Source: Eledone cirrhosa
Lineage: Eukaryota
DNA: 64,000 bases
Direction: 5' to 3'
Assembly (NCBI GenBank): GCA_964016885.1
Contig: OZ024750.1
Location: 15,190,001 to 15,254,000, forward strand
A model generated the notes under the pieces. It made no database searches, was not told where the DNA came from, and saw only the letters and a list, made by a program, of their open reading frames with translations. Below are positions 53,906 to 64,000 of the stretch, piece after piece (position 1 is the stretch's first letter; each line of letters begins with the position of its first letter). Position numbers and translations under genes: made by a program.

Positions 53906-54326
53906 CGTACAATACACCATTGAAGTGTTTCGTACATTAAATCTACATTGTAGAGCTGAAGGGTTGAGCATGCTGCTTCCGTGTGTCTAAAATATATAAT
54001 TCCTTATCTTTTAGCCTAACATTGAATCAAACAATATGAATTTTTAAAACTAGTTCTAGATATTATTCCAATGTATGTAAATGTTGTACTAAAATATTTC
54101 ATAGTTAAACAAATTTATTTTCTGATAAAACTTTGACTTGTAAACAACAATATTTGTTTTCTTAACAGCTCATCTAACTCTACCATGATAATTAGCCGTA
54201 TCATCCAATTAATCTCTATAATTTATTTCATAAATTATCCAATGCTTCAGAATGCCATACTTTCAAATATTGATATTGTAAAACAAATTCTTTATACACA
54301 AAAACTAAATAAATAAGCTAGACACG

Positions 54327-54518
54327 ATAATTGTTTCTACTTTAGGCACAAGGCCAGCAATTATATCAGTGCATTACTGGTACTTATTTTATCGACCCCG
54401 TAAGGATGAAAGGCAAAGTGAACCTCGGTGGGATTTGAAGTCAGACCATAAAGGGACGTAATTCTATGCTGCAAAGCATGGCGTCTGACTCTCTAACGAC
54501 ACTGCCAATACTCTGCCC
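54327..54518 (-). mobile_element. tRNA-SINE
   Basis: Full copy with CACGATAAT on both sides. Confidence 0.85.
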
Positions 54519-54862
54519 TAATCACGATAATGACAGTAAAAGAACAACCCAGTACCAGCAGTGATTTGAAATCAAAATGATGCAATTAGAATAAAATAAG
54601 GCTTAGATAACTAGAAATTGATCGTAGGTTAACCTAGCTTGAAAGGGCTCTATCATGTGTTACCGAAAAGAAGGAAAACACATTTATATATATTAGGGTG
54701 ATCAGAACAGTTTTTTTTAAATAGAAATCTATTCTCTTACTAATTGGTTTCCCTTAATGTAAACGAAAGAAACATTTAAATTGATGTCATCGCTGATATT
54801 AAAAAACAAATAGGAATATACACGCACACACACAGATATAAATACAACTCCAAACCTTCCTT

Positions 54863-55507
<645 letters not shown>

Positions 55508-56171
55508 TAAGTGAGTGTATCATTATCACTTGTGATATTTATCATATTGTAAAATACTCCAGATTTATTGATAGTGGGATTTGATTGAAAGTAATAAAGA
55601 TATAAAGATTGTTAAACTAACATATTTCTTTCGTGATATCTTGTAATTTAAATCTACCTTTCCCCACTGAAATTATATTTATATATTATATTTACTTTTA
55701 TTTTTATGGAAGATAATATCAGTGAGCAAATGGGATTTCATATAAGGGAAATAATTGATGAATTTAAATTACATCAGTTATTATTTATATATCTAATTTT
55801 TTTATTTCTTGTATTTATATTTATTGTCAGGGGATTTTATATAGATGTTAGCTGATGGTTCAGATCTACGTTATATTTCAAATTGTTTTGTCTATTTGAA
55901 TGTCATTAAGTACATGTATTTGGACTTCGTTTATTAATCTGATGTTACGTAATTTTCTTTCAAATATACACACTTACACATACATATATAAATATATACG
56001 TAGCTAGAGACAAAGGTATACACGAGCGTTCACACACTTAAACAAAGATATATACATATATACACAGCAAACAGACTTAGATACACGTGCATATCTTTCA
56101 AATATCATTCAGATGTAGTGAACCGCAGTTATATAAAAAAAAAGGCGCGTACACACACTTACACAAAGATT

Positions 56172-56202
<31 letters not shown>

Positions 56203-56203
<1 letters not shown>

Positions 56204-56397
56204 GTTTTAATATAGAAGAGATTCTACAGGACTAGAACTGTTTCATTCATTAGAAATCATCAGAGATTCCTGATGATTTCTAATGAATGAAACAGTTCTA
56301 GTCCTGTAGAATCTCTTCTATATTAAAACTGTTATACTCTGCTATGTATTGAGTACCTTACTTACTGTGGTTACCTCCGATTCAACCCGGAATAACG

Positions 56398-56398
<1 letters not shown>
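56203..56398. mobile_element. Penelope-like inverted pLTR remnant in (TA)n
   Basis: 61-bp perfect inverted arms 56203-56263 / 56270-56330, then a ~68-bp tail. TA runs on both sides; contains the HHR. Confidence 0.7.
56262..56316 (+). ncRNA. Type I hammerhead ribozyme inside a fold-back element
   Basis: AGAGATTC-CTGATGA-T TTC TAAT GAA T-GAAA CAG TTCTAGTC CTG TA|GAATCTCT: 8-bp stem I, 4-bp stem III, GUA cleavage triplet (after 56308). Confidence 0.8.
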
Positions 56399-56428
<30 letters not shown>

Positions 56429-56652
56429 GTTGGTGTTGATGTTGGTGTTGTTGGTGATGGTGATGGGTGTTGGTGGTGATGTTGTTGGTGTTGATAGTGA
56501 TGATGATGATGTATATATATATATTTATTAAGCTAACAGTTTAAAGTTTAAGTTAAGAATCGCTGCTTTCACCCTTAACGGGATCTTCTCATACAGTCTT
56601 CACGCACGCACACACGCACGCACGCGCACACACACACACACACCCACACCCA

Positions 56653-56702
<50 letters not shown>

Positions 56703-57071
56703 CAGTTACAGACAAACAGACTTAGATACATGTGCATATCTTTCAAATATTATTCAGATGTAGTGCGAGGCAGTTATATAAAAACGATAACATCATGCAA
56801 TTTAATTATATCCAAGATATCCTACCCAGGCTCTGTGTTACGTTAGGGAATATGTTTTTTTTATTAACTTATCAACTGTATGAGATCCAGATGTGTATAC
56901 GTTATGTGTCCATTCGCGTCACTTGGAATTCGTATAAAATGGAATGAAAATTCCAACTCGTTAATGCAGTAGAAATGAATAGAAGACAAATTTTGATGTG
57001 AAAATGAAACAATCTTTAATCAATATTGAAATTCAAGCTCATTGACTTCAGACTTAAGATAAAGCAGCAAA

Positions 57072-57085
57072 ACTAACTACTACTA

Positions 57086-57125
<40 letters not shown>

Positions 57126-57366
57126 GACGACGACGACCGCCACAACCACCACCACCACCACCACTACTGCTACTACTACTACAACTATTGCTACTACTAC
57201 TACCACCACCACCACCACCACCACTACTACTACTACTACTAATACTACTGCCACCACCACCACCACCACCACCACTACTACTACCACCACCACCACCACC
57301 ACCACCACCACCAACACCACTACTACTACTTCTACTACTACTAGTACTACTGCTGCTGCTGCTGCG

Positions 57367-57398
<32 letters not shown>
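57072..57398. repeat. (CTA/CCA)n tract
   Basis: Direct inspection. Confidence 0.95.
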
Positions 57399-57400
<2 letters not shown>

Positions 57401-58134
57401 TAAAGTTACAAAACAGAATCAAAATGTAGGGCAAAATAAAATTAGATTATCTCTTATATATCAATTCAGTTTAATAACGAAGTCGCTGGTGATAAGAAAA
57501 GTGCCTGTCGGAATTAATCATGTTAATAAGTATTGCATTCAGAGAAAAATGTAAAACACTGTATTTATTAATGTTTCCAATTGAGTGGAAGAATTAAATG
57601 AAGCGTACACACGCAACATAAAGGAAAGAAGGTGAAACAAAGAAAAGGAAAATGAACGTGTATTTAATCAATAATCTATAGGCTGGTTAGCATACAATGT
57701 ATTAATTACAAAAATTCATTTGAACTTAGCCCCGCTCCACCAATATTATCGTCAGTTTCTATTTAGTATCTTGTTTTAGTCAGAATAACTATGTTTAATC
57801 ATATAAATTATTTCTCAGTGTAATATATGAGTATAGCATTCAAAGAAAACTTATTTAAATTATATGACACTTTTTTTCAAAATAGCGGAGAAAATATTTC
57901 TCATTGGTTCTATTTAGCTAGACGAAGCGACGAATTGACAAAGTAGTAAGAACATCAGGCAAATTGATTCACTGTATATATATATGTTCATGATGGCTGC
58001 GTTCTGAGTTTAAATCCTGTTCAGGTGATTGTACACCTGTCTTCATTTCGAGGTTGATAAATTAAAGTAGCAGTCAAGTACTGAGACTACTTCTCGCACC
58101 GCTCTCACTCTCTCTCCCATCGCTTCCCCCTCTT

Positions 58135-58140
58135 CTATCC

Positions 58141-58236
<96 letters not shown>
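58135..58236. repeat. (CTAT)n microsatellite
   Basis: Direct inspection. Confidence 0.95.
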
Positions 58237-58536
58237 TTCTCTTTGGGAGAAATAGGCTGTGTCGTACAATTGAAAGAAGTTAAGTTTGAATAGTATACTG
58301 AGAAATGATTTAATTGAATAAATATAGAACAAAATACTACCAGAAACTGGCGTTAACAACATTTCGCAATAGTAAGAAATAAGGTGTAATATGTTTACAT
58401 GCTCACTAAACGCTTTTATTAATACCATCACACATTTTTTTGTTGTTGTTTTCGGTTAACTATTTCAATTATTAGTTGGCTGCCTATAAATACAGTTATT
58501 CATGTAAACAAACAAAATAGCTCACGTAAAGTAATT

Positions 58537-59206
58537 AATTGTTTCTACTTTTGGCACAAGGTTAGCAATTTTTGGGGGAGAGGAAAGTCAATTAAATCGA
58601 TCCCAGTGCGTGACTGGTACTTTATTTTATCGACCTCGTAAGGATGAAAGGCAAAGCTAACCTCTTTGGGATTTGAACTCAGAACGTAAAGGTCCATAAC
58701 TATATGCCGCAAAAGCATGTTGTTGGACGCGCTACCGGTATTGCCAATCCACCGTAATTAATGATTTCTAGTATAGGCACAAGGCCAGTAATTTGGGGGA
58801 GGGGAAAATCAATTAAATCGACCCCAGTACGTTACTGGTACTTTATTGACCCCAGTACGTTACTGGTACTTTATTGACCCCAGTACGTTACTGGTACTTT
58901 ATTTTATTAACCCCGTAAGGATGAAAGGCAAAGTTAACCTAGGCGGGATTTGAACTCAGACTGTAAAGGACCGTAACTCTATGCTGCAAAGCATGGCGTC
59001 CGACCCTCTACCGATACTGCCATTCCCCCGCCACTCAGTGTTTAAATAATGTTGGGACAATGGCGCCTTGTTGAAATGTATCAACCATTTAACACACACT
59101 GTGTTGAGCATTTGAACTCAGACTGTAAAGGACCGTAACTCTATGCTGCAAAGCATGGTGTCCGATTCTCTACCGATACCGCCGCAATCCACCGCCGCAA
59201 TCCACC
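58537..59206 (-). mobile_element. tRNA-SINE cluster with a captured 80-bp segment
   Basis: Copies at 58537-58753, 58757-59032 (internal ~28-bp triplication) and 59110-59206. Confidence 0.85.
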
Positions 59207-59990
59207 GTAATTAATTACCAAAAGATAACATTGAGTGCGTGTGTGATAGATTATCTATGAGCATTGCGTTGGAAGTTGAAATCTATTGCGGGCATCTCGT
59301 CAATTTTTTTAACATGATATGTTATGCAACGTACTTCAAAACACTCAGGAACAGCTGTTTACGATTGATTATTGCTGTATCTTAATATATGTGCATATTC
59401 AAGATTGAAATGTTACATGCACCTGCGGTGAGTAGAGATATGCATAGTTTTTACTCCAATACGTTTCATATTTGACTGTTTGATATTATCATATCATTTA
59501 AATTTGACAAATTATATCCTGAAGTTTCCAAAATATTTCATATACTTTATCCTAGATTGTGATGGGATAATATAACATACATACATATTATATTCAATAT
59601 AAAAATGTAACCAATAAATGTATGAAAGATAGCATGAAAAATACGATTATAAAATGGAAATGATATGATATATGTAATAAGTTCTTGCTAATATCTAATT
59701 TAATTTTTGAAATTATTTAAGCAAATTCAATATAAAGTTCCAAAATATATTAATAATCTGTGAAATTTAAACGATAAAAACTTTTCTTTTTCTTATTTCA
59801 TTCGGTAATAATATTTTTGGTAATCAGGCAAACAGATTTGTTTCCTGATCTACCAGAACACAGCAGTCTACGCAGAAGGAAAAGCAAATGCCGTATCATA
59901 TATATATAAATATATATACATTATGAAGAGAGAAGAAACATTTAGATATAATTAGTAATAAAATGTATCATACCTAAACTGCTCCTAAAT

Positions 59991-60080
59991 TCCTCGACTA
60001 CGTAGTTTCGTGGCATAAACAAAAACAATATATCATAAAGATATAGAGTTCTTGCGAGGTCTGCCGACTTATCAAGAGGA
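59991..60080 (-). ncRNA. Hammerhead ribozyme, U3-A8 core variant with long loop II
   Basis: Minus strand TCCTC-TTGATAA-GT C GGCA...TGCC AC-GAAA-CTACGTAG-TC|GAGGA; palindromic ACTACGTAGT. Confidence 0.7.
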
Positions 60081-60596
60081 TACCTCATTTTACTAGTCTC
60101 AAGAACGCGTCTACACGACGTGAGAAAGAATCCCAAAAGGCGGAGGGGGAGATAGTCACGCGATATAACGGTCGAGAAACAGAGCTAAGCCTCTTATAAC
60201 CCCGAAGAAAATACCACGGAGGCGGAGGGGGTATTTATATCGAGGCCGTAGAAGAGGTGGTGAAGAAGGCGAGAAGTATGAGTAATGGAAGCTTTCCAGC
60301 TGTCCCCACACTTCAAAGATTGCTCGACCAGAGGGAGTTATTAACAATATATTTAGAAACACACAGATACATGCGGACACACATATATCTTCTCTCTTCA
60401 TAATGTATTTTTAACTCTGATACTGGTTCAGTCTAGTTCAACTGAATTAGTCTGTCCCAGTCATTCATTGAGCAACATCGGTGAAGTTGGCACCCTTAAC
60501 TCACAGTTGGGTGCGGATGCATTCATGTATATATGTGTGTGTCCGCATGTATCTGTGTGTTTCTAAATATATTATAAATATATATATATATATATA

Positions 60597-60722
60597 ACGA
60601 AGGAAATGTGGTAAGGAACTAGGTGGACCATAACGCACCAAAGTACTCAATACTTAGGGTAGTAGAGTGGGTAATAGGAACCAGTAAGACCCCGACGGCT
60701 GAGTTCAAGCCGTTTCGACGGA
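60597..60722 (-). mobile_element. Fold-back family A, copy 6 (single arm + tail)
   Basis: Near-identical to the reverse complement of 31201-31315, with a small indel. Confidence 0.65.
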
Positions 60723-60775
60723 GAAAGAGACGATTATTAGGAAGAAAAATATATATACTATTCAGACACACACAA

Positions 60776-60840
<65 letters not shown>

Positions 60841-60875
60841 TATAAATATATATATATAATATATATATAAATATA

Positions 60876-60960
<85 letters not shown>

Positions 60961-60967
60961 ATATACA

Positions 60968-61168
60968 CTTGAGATCCTCCGTATACAAGATATGGTTGAT
61001 TATCGTGCCGTAGCATTTGTATTCATGTTCACTGTAGTTTAACATCTCGGTTAATGATATCACAGATAGGCAGTAGAGGAGTGGAGATAGAGAGTTCTGT
61101 TGAAAGATTCCTTTAGTAATTGAGAGGGACTCGGATTTTATCACTCCTTTGTTTGTTTGTATCTGCAT
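60968..61168 (-). pseudogene. Non-LTR retrotransposon RT fragment (R4/Dong-like)
   Basis: [21 protein letters not shown]...LN...[11 protein letters not shown], resembling GIFQGDSLSPLLF...HLLYMDDLK. Confidence 0.8.
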
Positions 61169-61204
61169 GTATGTGCTTATGAGTGTGTATTTATGGGTGT
61201 TCGC

Positions 61205-61238
<34 letters not shown>

Positions 61239-61859
61239 GTATGTGTATATGTGTATGTGTGCCTGTGTCTTTAAGTATGTGTGTGTATGTGTGTTTGTAT
61301 CAGATCGTAGACGCACATAAAAAGCAAAATGTAAAGCATTATTCTTGTTTTTTAAATAATTTCTCGCTCAGTATATTCCGTAATTCTTTAACATTTTTTT
61401 CTCATATCAATCAACTGAATTGAACCAGATATTTGTTATTTTATTATGCATCGCTAAACTTTTCAAGCCATGATCTTAAACTAGTCATTAGAAATCAAGA
61501 TAGTCATTAGAATTATTGATTTTCTCACCATCTATTTTTTTCTTTAACGGCTATTTTTCCTGTTATATTTCTCATTGCAGTTTTCAGTAGTGAAATAAAT
61601 ACGATCTTTCTATTTCGTTCTTAATTATTTCTGAGCTCAGAGGAGATATAAGAAAATTGATGTGATAACATTTAATCTATGTGCAATGGTAATAAACTTA
61701 GAATTAAAGATTACACATTCTACATATACAATATATTCGTTAATAGTTCGGGCATTCTTGAATTCATATACGTACATACATGCACATATATGCATACATA
61801 CATTATGATGGCTGCCCCCTCGTTATTGAGTATGGCCATTGCACGATATACCATTATTA

Positions 61860-62053
61860 ATAATTGTTTCTACTTTTAGCACGAGGTCAGCATTTATCCC
61901 AGCGCATTACTGGTACTTTATTTTATATCGACCCCGTAAGGATGAAAGGCAAAGTTAACCTCGGTGAGATTTGAATTCAGAATGGCAAGGGCCGTAAGTC
62001 TATGCGTCAAAGCATGGTGTCCAACCCTCTACCGATACTGCCAATCCACCGCC
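61860..62053 (-). mobile_element. tRNA-SINE
   Basis: Full reverse-complement copy. Confidence 0.9.
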
Positions 62054-62060
62054 GTAATAT

Positions 62061-62239
<179 letters not shown>

Positions 62240-62339
62240 TATATATATATATAACGAGAAACCAAGGCTCTTAGTCAAATTTCATCTTTAATCTATCCCA
62301 ACAAATGTATCAATGGGGAAACACTGCTTCGAAGAATCG

Positions 62340-62436
62340 AGACGTATCTGAGGATCTTGCGATTTCAGAGTCAGGTTCGATCATTGCATCGATCGTGCCT
62401 CGAGCTGGCCAGCAGAGAAACGATTGTAATATGTCT
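62340..62436 (+). ncRNA. Hammerhead ribozyme with long loop II, in a TA-flanked island (62254-62482)
   Basis: AGACGTAT-CTGAGGA-TCTTGC...GCAGA-GAAA-CGATTG-TA|ATATGTCT; 8-bp stem I with one G-U pair. Confidence 0.7.
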
Positions 62437-62479
62437 AATATATTTTAATTCGTCGCACCACTGATTCTCCGTTTCTTAT

Positions 62480-62530
<51 letters not shown>

Positions 62531-62949
62531 ATACATCTGACATATGCTCAGCAAGAATTCATATCGGTATCAAAGGATTCATGCCGGCATGAAACTATGC
62601 TGTGATCTTTGACCTGCGAATTCTGGCAAATAGCATGGACATGTTATTAAGTAACAAACTCGTGAATATTGAAAGAATATCTGTCGAGGATCTTTTATGT
62701 TTCTTGGCAAGATAATGGATTTCATATGCTTTGGTTCACAAAAATATTAGGAGAAAGGTAAAAAAAAATTGAAATAATTTAACTCATTGTTCATCATATG
62801 TTTGAAACATATATTCTATAAAGAACTTCTATAAAGAAATAGCTTCAAGTTACTTACTGAATCTTATCTTGATGCTCAACACAGTGTGTGTTAAATGGTT
62901 GATACATTTCAACAAGACACCATTGTCCCAACATTATTTAAACACTGAG

Positions 62950-63582
62950 TGCCGGTGGATTGGCAGTATCTGTAGAGGGTCGGACGCCATGCTTTGCAGC
63001 ATAGAGTTACGGCCCTTTATGATCTGAGTTCAAATCCCGCCGAGGTTAACTTTACCTTTCATACTTACCTGGTCGATAAAATAAAGTACCACTGGGGTCA
63101 CGCACTGGGGTTGATTCAATCGACTTTCGCCTCCCCGCAATTTACTAGCCTTGTGCCTATAAGAAAATCATTATTTAAACACTGAAGGGCGGTGAATTGG
63201 CAGTATCAGTAGAGGGTTGGACGCCATGCTTTCTAGCATAGTTACGTCCCTTTACGGTTTGAGTTCAAATCCCGTCGAGGTTAACTTTGCCTTTCATCCT
63301 TACGGGGTCGATAAAATAAAGTACCAGTAATGTACTGGATAATTGCTGGCCTTGTGCCAAAAGTAGAAACAATTATTTAAACACTGAGTGGCGGTGGATT
63401 GGCCGTATCAGTAGAAGGTCGGACGCCATGCTTTTCAGCATAGAGTTATGACCTTTTACGGTATGAGTTAAAATCCCGCCGAGGTTAACTTTGCCTTTTA
63501 TCCTTACGGGGTCGATAAAATAAACCACCAGTAACGCACTGGGATAATTGCTGGCCTTGTGCCAAAAAGTAGAAACAATTAT
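62950..63582 (+). mobile_element. tRNA-SINE triple head-to-tail array
   Basis: Three copies separated and flanked by four ATTATTTAAACASTGA motifs. Confidence 0.9.
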
Positions 63583-63968
63583 TTAAACAGTGAGATTATA
63601 TTAGGTATCAAATCCCATTAGGAGCCCCCTGCAGTAGTTTTCTTAATTAGTTTGGTGCTTTGAGGTAAAATATCACACACTTGTTACAATTTTTGAGTGG
63701 ATAGAAATGAAAATAATTTGTATAGGCTGGAGCGGAAATAGAAAGTATGTTGCTTTTGTTCAGTATATTTATTTGACGCTGGTAATCCTTAATAATTTTA
63801 ATTAATACTCATTGAATTGGAATTGATCACTTTGCTCATATAACATTTCAGAAGAAGAACACAAATTTCAGGAAGAACACAAATAAATATTTGATATTAT
63901 TACACCAGAGTGATGCAGAGTGATTTTTAATGCCACGACTATACGATCAATATAATTAATGTACAGCG

Positions 63969-64000
<32 letters not shown>

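Noticed and set aside
56070-56785. Diverged ~70-bp direct repeat (56070-56140 / 56715-56785) as LTRs or TSD
   Set aside because: No TG..CA ends or internal coding sequence; most likely an old local duplication.
62932-63596. Short direct repeats with spacers (CRISPR-like)
   Set aside because: The spacers are ~200-bp SINE copies and the repeats are TSDs in a eukaryotic context.

Overview
AT-rich, microsatellite-saturated animal genomic DNA, apparently intronic or intergenic. The dominant tRNA-derived SINE resembles the octopus/cephalopod family (recognised from memory, not by search). No intact host protein-coding gene is supportable: nearly all long ORFs are translations of (TA)n/(CA)n/(TAG)n repeats. 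The window holds about 30 copies of one tRNA-SINE, a few CORE-like SINEs, decayed LINE fragments (RTE, R4-like, L2/CR1-like), a Penelope-type GIY-YIG fragment, a non-autonomous Helitron, and Tc1/mariner- and hAT-type MITEs. The most striking structure is at 28841-30365: a TSD-flanked insertion made of one inverted 252-bp partial unit plus four apparently identical tandem 310-bp units. Each carries a type I hammerhead ribozyme (HHR) motif, i.e. a young retrozyme/Penelope-pLTR-like element predicted to yield about 310-nt (possibly circular) RNAs. At least nine further, mostly unrelated HHR-like motifs (three with a U3-A8 core covariation) and several fold-back elements lie mostly in or beside (TA)n tracts. 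All folds and alignments were done by eye, and boundaries of degenerate repeats are approximate.
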